A stretch of 64,000 bases of DNA from Elusimicrobiota bacterium (GTDB lineage Bacteria; Elusimicrobiota; Elusimicrobia; UBA1565; UBA9628), in NCBI GenBank assembly GCA_028868375.1, contig JAGWUP010000009.1, positions 32,538 to 96,537 of the forward strand, written 5' to 3'. Of this stretch, positions 47,381 to 56,667 are shown piece after piece; the first letter of the stretch is position 1, and each line of letters opens with the position of its first letter. Both the position numbers and the translations under genes were made by a program. The notes under the pieces were generated by a model. It saw only the letters and a list, made by a program, of their open reading frames with translations. It was not told the origin of the DNA and made no database searches.

Positions 47381-48337
47381 TCAGCGCCCGAGGCTGGAGA
47401 GGTAGCGGGCCAGGTCCTCGATCTGCAGATCGGTCAACTGGCCGCGGAAGGCAGGCATGCCGGACTTGGGATTGGTCTTGGCGGGATCTTCGATGTAGCG
47501 GACGATGAAGGACTTGTCTCGCGCCGAGCCGATCGTGGAGAGATCGGGACCGACCTCCCCTCCCTGGCCGCGGATCTTATGGCAGACGGCGCAGTTCTCG
47601 GCGAAAAGCTTCGGCGCCTCCTGGGTGAAGGGCTCGTTGGCGATCGACTTAAGGTAGGCCGTCAGGGCCTTGATCTCGTCGTCCAGCAGGCCCAGGCGCG
47701 GCATCGCGGAATGGGGCGTGACGGCGCTGGGATCGCGGAAATGCCGCTCCAGCCACTCGGGCGACTCGGCGCCGACGACCCGGTCGAGCTGGGGCCCGAC
47801 GACGCCGCCCTTGCCGCGAATCTTGTGGCAGTAGGCGCAGTTAAGCTGCCGGTAGAGGCGCGCGCCCTCCACGACCTCGGGGTTTTTCTCGACGACCGGG
47901 TTGACCAAGGGGCTGCGGTAGCCCTCCACCGTCAGGGCCGTGACGCCGGCGATCGCCAAGACCCCCAAGCCGGTCAAAAACGGGCGATCCAGGGGATGGC
48001 GCTTGTGGCCTCGGTCGAACAAGGGCAGGAAAAACAAGGCCGCGAAGACGGCTCCCGGCAGCACCACGGCGGCCACCGACTCCAAGCTGCCGGGGAAGGC
48101 CTTCAAAGCCTGGAACAGAAAGAGGAAATACCATTCCGGCCTCGGGTTGTAGGAGGTGTCGGTGGGGTCGGCCAAGCTCTCCAGATGGGCCCCCAACTTC
48201 CAGGCCAGGAAGGCCAGCAGCCCGAAGAGGAGGAAGGCCACGAGGCAATCCTTGAAGACCGCGTACGGAAAGAAGGACTTGCCCTTCTGCTTGAGCTCCT
48301 TATAGCGGCGCTCGTAGTCCTGATGCCAATCAGCCAA
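47381..48337 (-). CDS. cytochrome bc complex subunit: cytochrome b C-terminal (subunit IV-like) domain fused to diheme cytochrome c
   Basis: N-terminal 3-TM PetD-like segment (FPYAVFKDCLVAFLLFG), then two CxxCH motifs (CAYCH, CAVCH). Confidence 0.8.
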   Translation of the reverse strand: MADWHQDYERRYKELKQKGKSFFPYAVFKDCLVAFLLFGLLAFLAWKLGAHLESLADPTDTSYNPRPEWYFLFLFQALKAFPGSLESVAAVVLPGAVFAALFFLPLFDRGHKRHPLDRPFLTGLGVLAIAGVTALTVEGYRSPLVNPVVEKNPEVVEGARLYRQLNCAYCHKIRGKGGVVGPQLDRVVGAESPEWLERHFRDPSAVTPHSAMPRLGLLDDEIKALTAYLKSIANEPFTQEAPKLFAENCAVCHKIRGQGGEVGPDLSTIGSARDKSFIVRYIEDPAKTNPKSGMPAFRGQLTDLQIEDLARYLSSLGR

Positions 48338-49037
48338 GAGGGTTTCCCTCCCCGCGCCGCCGGGCGCGCTCCGGAGGCTCGGAGATGCCGTGCCAGACCA
48401 CCAGGAAGAGGTGGATGCCGATGAGGAGGAGGACGACGGCCGGCAGCACCAGCACGTGCAGGGCGTAGAAACGGGTCAAAGTCGAGGCCCCCATCTCGCC
48501 GCCGCCCTTGAGGATCTTGGAGACGAGGGGACCCACAAAAGGAGTCTGCCCGGCGATGTTGGTGCCCACCATCGTGGCCCAATACGCCTTCTGGTCCCAC
48601 GGCAAGAGGTAGCCGGTGAAGCCGAAGCCGATGACGACGAGCAGCAGGACGACGCCGACCATCCAGGTGCCCTCGCGCGGGTATTTGTAGGCGCCCATGA
48701 AGTAGACGCGCAGCATGTGCAGCACGACCAGCACGACCATGAAGCTGGCGCCGAAATGATGGAGGCCGTGGATGAAGGAGCCGCAGAGGACCTTCTCGTT
48801 GATGAAGCGCACGGAATCGTAGGCGTGGTCCGGCGAGGGCACGTAGTTCATCGCCAGCAGCGCCCCGGTGACGGCCTGGACCACGAAGATGAAGAGTGTG
48901 GCGCTGCCCAAAGTGTAGAGCCAGGCCGTCGGTCCCTCGGCCTCCGGGATGTGGCGGGCGAAGAGGGTCTCCCAGACCCGGTCGCAGCCCGTGCGCCGGC
49001 GCAGCCACTCCCCGACGGCGCGGCAGCGGCGCTTCAC
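48330..49037 (-). CDS. cytochrome b6-type (N-terminal four-helix) subunit of a cytochrome bc complex
   Basis: Four TM helices with conserved heme-ligand His pairs (FIHGLHHFGASFM and YALHVLVLP). ATGA overlap with the Rieske gene. Confidence 0.85.
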   Translation of the reverse strand: MKRRCRAVGEWLRRRTGCDRVWETLFARHIPEAEGPTAWLYTLGSATLFIFVVQAVTGALLAMNYVPSPDHAYDSVRFINEKVLCGSFIHGLHHFGASFMVVLVVLHMLRVYFMGAYKYPREGTWMVGVVLLLVVIGFGFTGYLLPWDQKAYWATMVGTNIAGQTPFVGPLVSKILKGGGEMGASTLTRFYALHVLVLPAVVLLLIGIHLFLVVWHGISEPPERARRRGEGNPLG

Positions 49038-49564
49038 GCGGCCCCCTTCTCGTCAACCGGGCGTATGAGCAGGCGGCCGGAGACGACCTTGACCGGGAAG
49101 CGGTCCAGCGGCCGCGGCGGAGGCCCGGAGAGCACCTTCCCCTCCCGGTCGAAGACCCCCGCGTGGCAGGGGCAGAGAAACTCCTGCTTGCCCTGGTCCC
49201 AGCGGTAGGGGCAGCCCAAATGCGTGCAGCGCGGATCGAAGGCGATGAAGCGCCCCCCTCCGAGATTCGACAGCCAGACCGAGGACCTCTTCTCGGTGAC
49301 GACCCAGGCGTCCCGCTTGCGGGCCACGTAGTCCACCTTGACCGGAGCGCCGGTCCTCAGCTCGGAGGCCCTGCCGACGTCGATCCAATTCTCATCCTCC
49401 TTCTCGAAGGCGGGAGAGACGAAATAAGACAGGCCGGCGGCTCCGAGGACCGAGGCGATCGTCCCCGCGAGGAGGGCCGCCGCGCCGGCCAAGAAGCCTC
49501 GGCGCGTGACCCCCTGCTCCTCCGCCTCCGATTCGCAGGGGCAGCGGCCCAGGCCCGTCGTCAT
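49034..49564 (-). CDS. Rieske [2Fe-2S] iron-sulfur protein, Tat-exported
   Basis: Tat signal TRRGFLAGAAALLAG and Rieske boxes CTHLGC and CPCHAG. Confidence 0.9.
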   Translation of the reverse strand: MTTGLGRCPCESEAEEQGVTRRGFLAGAAALLAGTIASVLGAAGLSYFVSPAFEKEDENWIDVGRASELRTGAPVKVDYVARKRDAWVVTEKRSSVWLSNLGGGRFIAFDPRCTHLGCPYRWDQGKQEFLCPCHAGVFDREGKVLSGPPPRPLDRFPVKVVSGRLLIRPVDEKGAA

Positions 49565-49565
49565 C

Positions 49566-49943
49566 CTACTCGACGTCCTTCTTGACGGCCTTCCGGGATT
49601 CCGTCTTGGCGCCGAACGCCCTCAAATAGGCCACGACGTCCGCTATCTCCGCATCCTTGAGCTTTCCCTTGAACGCCGGCATGGTCTTCCTGCCCGCCTC
49701 GTTGCTCACACCCTCGGAAACGGCCGAGGCGAGCTTCTCATCGGAGAGTCCCTGAATCCTTGCCGAGCCCAGGTTGAGGTCCTCCAGCTTGGCCTTGAAC
49801 AGCCTGGCGATCCCCGGATTGCCCTTGCCGTCCTTGGCATGGCATGCGGAGCATTTGGCGAGGAACAGATTCCGACCTTCCGTCTTGGAGGCGGGAGCGG
49901 CGGCAGCGCAGACGGCCAACAACAGGATGACGATTGATTTCAT
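49566..49943 (-). CDS. monoheme class I cytochrome c (c6/c553-like)
   Basis: Signal peptide, CSACH and a Met ligand region KTMPAF. Confidence 0.8.
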   Translation of the reverse strand: MKSIVILLLAVCAAAAPASKTEGRNLFLAKCSACHAKDGKGNPGIARLFKAKLEDLNLGSARIQGLSDEKLASAVSEGVSNEAGRKTMPAFKGKLKDAEIADVVAYLRAFGAKTESRKAVKKDVE

Positions 49944-49976
49944 TGCTTCTCCTTTAAGTCTAGCAAGTCTCGAATC

Positions 49977-51020
49977 TCAGGCCACCGCCTCTCGCGGCCG
50001 AGCGAAAGCGGCCGCCTTGTCTAGCTCCAGGGCGCAGCGGGAGGCCGCCTCCGAGACCAAGCTCTCGGCCGCGGCCTTGTCCTTCGCCTTGGCCTCGACG
50101 CTGCGGGCCACGACCTGCTTGAGGTCGTCCAGATCGTAGAGATACGCCCCGCTGACCGCAGCGCAGCCGGGATCGACGTTCCTGGGCATGCCCAGGTCGA
50201 TCAAGAAAAGCGGCCGCCTCCGGCGCGCGACGATGCCGCGCAGCATTTCGGCCTGCAGCAGCGCCGCCGGGCTGGCGGTGGAGAAGACGCCGACCTCGGC
50301 GCGGGCCAAAAGCTCCAGCCCCTCCGCAAACGTCATCGGCCGCCCCCCGATCCTGCGCGCCAGCTCCTCCGCCCGCTCCGGCGTCCGGTTGGCCACGCTG
50401 ATGTCCTTGAAATTCTTGACGGCCAAATGACGCGCCACGGCCTCCGCCGCCTCCCCCGCCCCGAAGACGACGATGGAGCCGTCGTCGCGCGAGCCGAAAA
50501 TCTGCCGCGCCAGCGCGGCCGCTGCCCCCCCGATCGAGGACACCCCGTTCTGGATGCCGGTGCGCGCGCGCGCCGACTTGCCGGCGGCCAGGGCGCTTTG
50601 AAAGCACCGGTTAAGCCAAGGCCCCGTCATTTTAGCCGCGCGAGCCGCCTCGTAGGCCCGCTTGACCTGCCCCAGCACCTCGGATTCGCCGATGATCCAG
50701 GAATCCAAGCCGGCGGCCACCCGGAAGAGATGCCCCAGCGCGGCATTGCCGAGCAGGCTGCCCAGGCTGCCCTCAAGCCCGGGTCCGCCGCGCCGCAAGA
50801 ACCATGCTCTCGCCCGACCGGCGGCTTGCCCGGCGCGCGGCGCAACTCCGTAGATCTCAAGCCGGCTGCAGGTCGACAGCAACACCAGCTCCGAAACCCC
50901 CAGCTCGCGGGCCAGCCCGGGCAATTGCGCCGCCACTTCAACCTCCGGCACGGAGGCCCGCTCCCGCTCCTTTAAGGGCGCCGACAAGTGGCTGAAGCCG
51001 ACCTTGAAGAGCTCGCTCAT
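49977..51020 (-). CDS. hemA: glutamyl-tRNA reductase
   Basis: Conserved catalytic LSTCSRLE (Cys), NADPH-binding VFGAGEAAE, and typical HemA order of domains. Confidence 0.85.
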   Translation of the reverse strand: MSELFKVGFSHLSAPLKERERASVPEVEVAAQLPGLARELGVSELVLLSTCSRLEIYGVAPRAGQAAGRARAWFLRRGGPGLEGSLGSLLGNAALGHLFRVAAGLDSWIIGESEVLGQVKRAYEAARAAKMTGPWLNRCFQSALAAGKSARARTGIQNGVSSIGGAAAALARQIFGSRDDGSIVVFGAGEAAEAVARHLAVKNFKDISVANRTPERAEELARRIGGRPMTFAEGLELLARAEVGVFSTASPAALLQAEMLRGIVARRRRPLFLIDLGMPRNVDPGCAAVSGAYLYDLDDLKQVVARSVEAKAKDKAAAESLVSEAASRCALELDKAAAFARPREAVA

Positions 51021-51069
51021 GTTCGGATTGTTCTTCGATTAAGCAACCAAGCAACGCTACGGCCAAATC

Positions 51070-51085
51070 TCTAAAAAGCGAGGGA
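51070..51085 (-). promoter_or_regulatory. sigma-54 (-24/-12) promoter TGGCCgtagcgTTGCT upstream of the hemA-bc complex operon
   Basis: Perfect spacing, about 50 nt upstream of the hemA ATG. Confidence 0.5.
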
Positions 51086-51112
51086 GAGCGCCGCGGCGCC
51101 CCCCTCGTCGGA

Positions 51113-53080
51113 TCAGAACTTCGCCGACAACGACAGCTCGCTGACGCCTATGCGGCCGTTCTGCGAGCCGTCCAGCTTATCGACCCACTGCTCCTCGTCG
51201 TAGGAGGCCCGGGCGCTGAGGTTCTTGTAGAGCTCGCGCGCCAGGGACACCGTCCAGTGCGTGATCCGGACCTCGGTGGGAGCCAGGTCCGAGAGATGGA
51301 CGCCGACGGAGGCCCCCGTGAAGTAGGGGTCGAAGGCCGTCACGAACCAGTGCGCGTTGGAGATCGTATACGACAGATTCGCGCGCGCCGTCAACTTCAG
51401 GGGCAAGCATGCCATGCCGTTGGCCGAGATGACATGGTTTTCGTAGTCGTAGCTGGAATCCGGGATGTGGATCAGGTTGACGACGTTGTTGCCGTTAAAC
51501 GCGACGTTGCTGGCTCCGAAGTAGGCGTCGATGGTGTCTTTGCCTCGCTCGTAGGCGTAGCCGCCTCCCAGGGAGGCCTTGCCGTCCTGGCGGGACCACT
51601 GCAGGTCGAAGAGCACCCGGTTGAGCCGCTGCTTGAAGTTGTTCGGCGAGCGGTCGCTGTCCTCGCCGATGCCGTCCCAGTTGGCGTTGAAGGCCAGCGT
51701 CTCCGCCAGGGGAACGTAGATCGCGACGGTCTCGTAGTGGCCGAGGGTCGGCGAGTTCTCGTAGGCGGCGCGGTTCGCGGTCAGGAAACGATAGCCCGCC
51801 GAGAGGCTGGCCCCGGCCGGCAGGTCGAAATCCGCCATCAACTCGACCTGATGCTTGGTGTCCTTCGTCTGCGGTCCGTAGAACTGCGTCTCGGCCGGCT
51901 GGAAGGTGCCGTCCTGGTAGAGGGCGTCGTCGCCGTAATCGCCCGGCCTCTGGTCGGCGTTGCGCCGATAATTGTACTCCGGCTTGTAGCCCAGGGAGAG
52001 GGCCACGTGCTCTATGCCGGTGTAGCGCGCCTTGACGTCGGCCCGCATCTGGTAGAAGTCGATGCGCGGGTCCGGCGGGCTGGCGTTGTCGAAGGCCGCG
52101 AAGCTGTTGTTGACCGCGGTGTTCATCACGTGGTCGTAGAGCCGCGCGGAGATCGAGAAGTCCTTGGCCGGCAAATACAGCGTCCCGAGGTTGCTGTCGA
52201 CGACTTTCACCTTGTAGCCGTTGGTCTCTCCGACTCGCTCGCGGTAATCCACACCGCCGGCCGCGTTGATGTCGGCCGTCAGCGGGAAGTGGAAGGCCGC
52301 CTGGTGTATGTCCGTGCGCTGCTCGGAGACCCAGCTTAAGTCGGCGGTCGGATAGCCGCTGAAGGTGCCCGCGATCTTCGAGTCCACTGAGCTCGGGGCC
52401 TTGTCCGCGAACTTGCGCGCCGTGTAGGTGTAGCTGACCTCGCCCTTGCCGACATCCGCCTGGGCGCCCACCGTCACGTCCCTGGTGAAGCGGTCGATCT
52501 GCTGGGAGGTCACGTCCTCCTTGGTCGCCCCGGTCGTGCCGTCATAGCCCAGGGGCTGGGTGCCCTTCTCCGTTTCCTGCCAGTAGCCGGCCAGCAGGCG
52601 CAGGGCCGGCATGCGCGGGCAGGACAGCCACAGGTCGGCGTTCTCCTCGGTCCTTTTGAAGAGAAGGTCCTCGCCGCCGTAGTCGACCTTGGTCTGCGTA
52701 TTAGGAGTCCACTGGCCGTCCTGGATGATGCCGTTGGTGACGATGGGTTGGCGATGGGTCAGGATGCCGAAGCTGGAGTCCAGGCCCAGATAGCCGCCGA
52801 CGTTGAGGTCAAGACGCCCGCTCTCGTTGGAGCTGCCGACGTCGTTGATCCCCAGGTCCAACAAGGCGTTGCCGAAGTCGGACTTCACCCAAGCGCTGCC
52901 CTCCAGCGGATTGTACAGGTTTCCGTCATACTCGCGGACGTTGCCCTGGAATCCCCTGCGATCCGCCGAGAAGAACTTAGCCTCGGCCCCCGCCGAGCCC
53001 TCCGCCGCACGCAGCGGCCAGGCCAACGCGAGCAGCATCCCTCCCAATCCGGCGGCTACCGCCGCCTTGATGAACCTCAT
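51113..53080 (-). CDS. MtrB/PioB/MtoB-family outer membrane beta-barrel protein (porin partner of a decaheme cytochrome), putative
   Basis: GAAGGAGG RBS, signal peptide MRFIKAAVAAGLGGMLLALAWPLRA, about 630 aa of Asp/Gly/Tyr-rich alternating strands, and a terminal Phe (SLSAKF). Lies 55 nt downstream of the decaheme gene. Confidence 0.55.
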   Translation of the reverse strand: MRFIKAAVAAGLGGMLLALAWPLRAAEGSAGAEAKFFSADRRGFQGNVREYDGNLYNPLEGSAWVKSDFGNALLDLGINDVGSSNESGRLDLNVGGYLGLDSSFGILTHRQPIVTNGIIQDGQWTPNTQTKVDYGGEDLLFKRTEENADLWLSCPRMPALRLLAGYWQETEKGTQPLGYDGTTGATKEDVTSQQIDRFTRDVTVGAQADVGKGEVSYTYTARKFADKAPSSVDSKIAGTFSGYPTADLSWVSEQRTDIHQAAFHFPLTADINAAGGVDYRERVGETNGYKVKVVDSNLGTLYLPAKDFSISARLYDHVMNTAVNNSFAAFDNASPPDPRIDFYQMRADVKARYTGIEHVALSLGYKPEYNYRRNADQRPGDYGDDALYQDGTFQPAETQFYGPQTKDTKHQVELMADFDLPAGASLSAGYRFLTANRAAYENSPTLGHYETVAIYVPLAETLAFNANWDGIGEDSDRSPNNFKQRLNRVLFDLQWSRQDGKASLGGGYAYERGKDTIDAYFGASNVAFNGNNVVNLIHIPDSSYDYENHVISANGMACLPLKLTARANLSYTISNAHWFVTAFDPYFTGASVGVHLSDLAPTEVRITHWTVSLARELYKNLSARASYDEEQWVDKLDGSQNGRIGVSELSLSAKF

Positions 53081-53135
53081 GGCTTGCCTCCTTCTGTCGC
53101 TTCGTCCATACGCCTTGAGCGTTTCCATGGCGGCC

Positions 53136-54077
53136 TCAATGCGGAATGAACCGCATATGGCGGTCCGAGCCGTGGATCTCGCGGTGGCAGTTGACGCAGC
53201 GGCCGCGCTGCAGCAACAGGGCGCTGCTGGTGTATGCGTTGGCGTTATTAACGGTGCCGGTGTGCGGGAACTTGTGGCACTGCAGGCACAAGAACGGCAG
53301 CGCCTGCTTGAGCATGCGGTCGTTGATGCTGCCGTGCGGATCGTGGCAGTTGAGGCAGTTCTCGGTGACCGGCGGATGCTCGTAGGCGAACGGCCCCAGC
53401 TTCTCGGCGTGGCACTTGCCGCAGAGCTCCGGCACGCTGCCGGCCCGGATATTGCCGGACTCGCCCCCGTGCGGGTTGTGGCAGCTGGCACAGCTCATCT
53501 TGCCCTCCATCACGGGATGATGGGAGGGAAGGTTCATGCCCAGCTTCTTGGTCTTGTGGCACTTAAGGCAGGTCTCCGTCTCCGCCAGATACTCGTTGGA
53601 ATTCTCGACCTTCAGGTTGCGCGGGCCGTGGCCCTGATGGACGCTGTGGCAGGTCAGGCAGGAGAGGCCGTTGGCCGCATGCGGGCCGATGTTCCAATAC
53701 ATGACCTCCTGCTGCTTGTGGCAGTTGAGGCAGAACTTGCTCTGCTCGGCCGGCGGCAGCTTCAGGGGATCGATGATGGTGGCAAACCCCGGATTGCTCC
53801 TGTCTCCCGCGGCGGCCGCATGCAGGGAGCCGGGGCCGTGGCAGGTCTCGCAGCTCTTCTCGAAGTCGATGCCCTTGACCACCGGCAGGCGCTTTCCGTG
53901 CATCGACTGCTTGAACTGCTCCGCCTTGTCGGAATGGCAGGCGATGCAAGTCGAGGCGCCGACGTACGTCGGCTCGTCTACGGCGCGCGCCGCGCCGGCC
54001 AGGCAGAAGGCGAGCGCTCCCGCAAGCGCAGCCGTCCCCAGCCCCCTCATCCCCTCTCGGCCCGTCCTTGATCTCAT
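53136..54077 (-). CDS. periplasmic decaheme c-type cytochrome, MtrA/DmsE/PioA/MtoA family
   Basis: AAGGAG RBS, signal peptide and ten CxxCH motifs in 313 aa (CIACH, CETCH, CLNCH, CLTCH, CLKCH, CASCH, CGKCH, CLNCH, CLQCH, CVNCH). Confidence 0.8.
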   Translation of the reverse strand: MRSRTGREGMRGLGTAALAGALAFCLAGAARAVDEPTYVGASTCIACHSDKAEQFKQSMHGKRLPVVKGIDFEKSCETCHGPGSLHAAAAGDRSNPGFATIIDPLKLPPAEQSKFCLNCHKQQEVMYWNIGPHAANGLSCLTCHSVHQGHGPRNLKVENSNEYLAETETCLKCHKTKKLGMNLPSHHPVMEGKMSCASCHNPHGGESGNIRAGSVPELCGKCHAEKLGPFAYEHPPVTENCLNCHDPHGSINDRMLKQALPFLCLQCHKFPHTGTVNNANAYTSSALLLQRGRCVNCHREIHGSDRHMRFIPH

Positions 54078-54883
54078 CGCGCTTCTCCTTGCCAGGGATA
54101 TCGCCGCTGGCCTTTCCCGTCTTTTAAATTCTGCCCGTTGTCGGGATCGCGCCGCGATGACCGAAGTGCCGCGCGGTCTTGATAAAAGTCATCCGCGGCC
54201 GCGGGCAGGCAGGCCGCGGCGCGCAGCCGCCGTTGGTCGAGCACGCGGGCGACGCGCCCCTCGAGGGCGAGGATCCCGCCGCGCTCCAGTTGCGCCAGGG
54301 CGCGGCAGACGACCTCGGGAGCGGTCCCCAGGCGCTTGGCCAGCTGCTGGCGCGAGGCTCCCAGATCGGCCAGGCGCGAGCCGGGGGCGCGCTCCAATTC
54401 GCGGGCGATCAGCCTGGCCAAGCGCTCGCGCAGCGGGCGCAGGCCGAGCTCGGCGCAAAGATCCTGGACCTGCCCCAAGCGCTCGGCCAGACGGCGGGCC
54501 AGGGCGCGCACCAAGGCCGGCTCCCCCTCCCAGAGGCGGCGGAAGCGGGAGGCGTCGAGAAAGCAGATGCGCGAGTCCTCGGCGGCCTCGGCCGTGGCCT
54601 CGTAGGGCCGTCCCGCGATCAAGGCCCGCTCGCCCAAAACATCAGGCCCCGAGGCGAAGCGCACGATCTGCTGGCGGCCGCTGCCGGCGCTCTGCGACAA
54701 GGCGACTCGTCCGGAGCAGACGAAGTAGAGGCCCTGCGGCTCGTTGCCTTGGTAGAAGAGGATATCTCCGCGGCGGTAATCGTTGCCGCGCCAGCCCTGG
54801 CACAGCCTGTCCGCTGCCGTCCGCGGCAGGGCCAGCGAGGCGGGCCAGCGCAACAGGCCGCAGCGCCCGCGCATGCCCCTCAT
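54074..54883 (-). CDS. Crp/Fnr-family transcriptional regulator
   Basis: cNMP-binding beta-roll (DILFYQGNEPQGLYFVCSGRVAL), a C-terminal HTH (RQQLAKRLGTAPEVVCRAL) and an ATGA-type overlap with the decaheme gene. Start approximate (ORF extends to 55078). Confidence 0.75.
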   Translation of the reverse strand: MRGMRGRCGLLRWPASLALPRTAADRLCQGWRGNDYRRGDILFYQGNEPQGLYFVCSGRVALSQSAGSGRQQIVRFASGPDVLGERALIAGRPYEATAEAAEDSRICFLDASRFRRLWEGEPALVRALARRLAERLGQVQDLCAELGLRPLRERLARLIARELERAPGSRLADLGASRQQLAKRLGTAPEVVCRALAQLERGGILALEGRVARVLDQRRLRAAACLPAAADDFYQDRAALRSSRRDPDNGQNLKDGKGQRRYPWQGEAR

Positions 54884-54979
54884 CCCGCAGGGACCACGAT
54901 CGCATTCATGCCAGCTTCGCGCCATTGAACGGCGCGAAGCAACACAATGGCCCGGCAGATTCGTTGCTTTTAACCGATC

Positions 54980-55624
54980 ATGGCCGCGCGCGGCGAGCTC
55001 GCCTACCTTTATAAGGGGCGTCTCTACCTCAACCTGACCAATCGCTGCCCCACCGCCTGCCGCTTCTGCGCCAAGCACGCCTGGGACTGGAATTATCGGG
55101 GCTCACGGCTGCTGCTTGGGCGCGAGCCGACGGTCGGCGAGCTGCTGGACGCGGCGCGCTGCAGGCTGCCCGACGCCCCGTCGCGGGAAATTATTTTTTG
55201 CGGCTTCGGCGAGCCCACGGAGCGCCTGGCGACCTTGCTCGACCTCTCGGAGGCCCTGCGCAGCGGCCAGCCCGGCCTGTCGCTGCGCCTCAACACCGTG
55301 GGCCTGGGCACCCTCTCCAACCGCCGCGACATCGTCCCGGAGCTGGCGGCGGTCCTCGACTCGGTCTCGGTCAGCCTCAACACGGCCGACGCCGCTCAAT
55401 GGCGCTTCCTGCACCGCCCGCGCGCCAATCTCGCCGCGGCCGGGTTTTGCGCCGTCTGCGACTTCATCCGCGGCTGCGTCCAAGCGAAGCTGGAGACGAC
55501 GGTCACGGCCGTCGAGCAGCCCGGCGTCGACTTGGCGGCCGTGGCGGCGCTCTCCCGCCGCTTGGGGGCCGGCTTCCGCCTGCGCCCGCAGCTCGTCGAT
55601 CGCCCTCAGCGGGCCGGCTCGTAG
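54980..55624 (+). CDS. small radical SAM protein
   Basis: CxxxCxxC motif NRCPTACRFC near the N-terminus, 214 aa. Confidence 0.6.
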   Translation: MAARGELAYLYKGRLYLNLTNRCPTACRFCAKHAWDWNYRGSRLLLGREPTVGELLDAARCRLPDAPSREIIFCGFGEPTERLATLLDLSEALRSGQPGLSLRLNTVGLGTLSNRRDIVPELAAVLDSVSVSLNTADAAQWRFLHRPRANLAAAGFCAVCDFIRGCVQAKLETTVTAVEQPGVDLAAVAALSRRLGAGFRLRPQLVDRPQRAGS

Positions 55625-56667
55625 AGGCAGCCCGGATCGGAGGCCAGGTAATCGCCCGTCATCGCGTGGGCGCGGGCGCGGGAGCCGGAGCAGACGACGC
55701 GGAACTCGCAGGCGCCGCATTTGCCCTTGAGCCGAGAGGGATCGCGCAGGGCCAAGAAAAGATCGGAGTCGCGGTAGACCTTCGCGATGGAGTCCGTGCG
55801 CACGTTGCCGGCCGCCAGCGGCAAGAAGCCGGAGGGGCAGATGTCGCCGCGGTAATCCACGAAAGCGAAGCCCTTGCCGGCGTTGACGGCCACCTTGGTG
55901 GCCGTCGCCCCTCCTCTAATGCCGGGGCCCTTGGCCGCGCCGGCCGCAAGCCCGCCATGCTGAGCCAAGTACCTGCGGTAATGCTGCCCCTCGGTCAGCT
56001 TGACGACGAAGCCGGCCCCCGCTTCAAGCTGGCGCAAGCGCTCGAAGGCGTCCTCGAACTCTTGGGGCGAGAGCCCGCCCAGCTCCACTCCGCGTCCGAC
56101 CGGAATCAGGAAGAAGACCTCCCAGAACACCACGCCCAGGCGGCAGACCAGCTCGATCATCGCCTCGAGGGCGTGGGCGTTGGAGCGAGAGAAGCAGGTG
56201 TTGATCTGCAGGGGCAGCCCCAGCTCACGCGCCCAGCCCGCCGCCTCCAGGGTGCGCTCGAAGGCTCCCGGCACCCCGCGCAGGCTGTCGTGCAGCGCCG
56301 CGTCCGGGCCGTCGAGGCTCAGGGCCAGCTGATCGAGGCCCAGATCGCGCAGGCCCTCCAGCCGGCGGCGCGTCAAATTCGGCGTGGCCGCCGGGATCGT
56401 GCCCATGCGCAGGCCTCGCTCCTTGCCGCGCGCCACCAAAACCTCCAGGTCGGGGCGATTGAAGGGGTCTCCACCGGAGAGGATCATGATCGGGGTGCCC
56501 ATCCCGGCCACCGCGTCGATGAGCCCGCGGCCCTCCTCGCTCGTCAACTCCTGCGGCGAGCGCCCCAGCTCGGCTGAGGCGCGGCAATGTCGGCAGGCCA
56601 GGGCGCAGGAGCGAGTCGTCTCCCAGATGACCAAGAGCGGCGCGACGCCGAAATCAGGCGCCTTCAT
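55606..56667 (-). CDS. radical SAM/SPASM-domain protein (NirJ/AhbC/AhbD/PqqE-like)
   Basis: N-terminal LLVIWETTRSCALACRHC (CxxxCxxC) and a C-terminal SPASM Cys cluster (CPSGF, CGACEFRVVCSGSRARAH). Confidence 0.75.
   Translation of the reverse strand: MKAPDFGVAPLLVIWETTRSCALACRHCRASAELGRSPQELTSEEGRGLIDAVAGMGTPIMILSGGDPFNRPDLEVLVARGKERGLRMGTIPAATPNLTRRRLEGLRDLGLDQLALSLDGPDAALHDSLRGVPGAFERTLEAAGWARELGLPLQINTCFSRSNAHALEAMIELVCRLGVVFWEVFFLIPVGRGVELGGLSPQEFEDAFERLRQLEAGAGFVVKLTEGQHYRRYLAQHGGLAAGAAKGPGIRGGATATKVAVNAGKGFAFVDYRGDICPSGFLPLAAGNVRTDSIAKVYRDSDLFLALRDPSRLKGKCGACEFRVVCSGSRARAHAMTGDYLASDPGCLYEPAR

Noticed and set aside
52803-55014. 422-aa and 447-aa plus-strand ORFs
   Set aside because: They are antisense to the MtrB-like, MtrA-like and Crp genes. 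They have no domains, whereas the minus-strand genes carry ten CxxCH motifs and a cNMP/HTH architecture.
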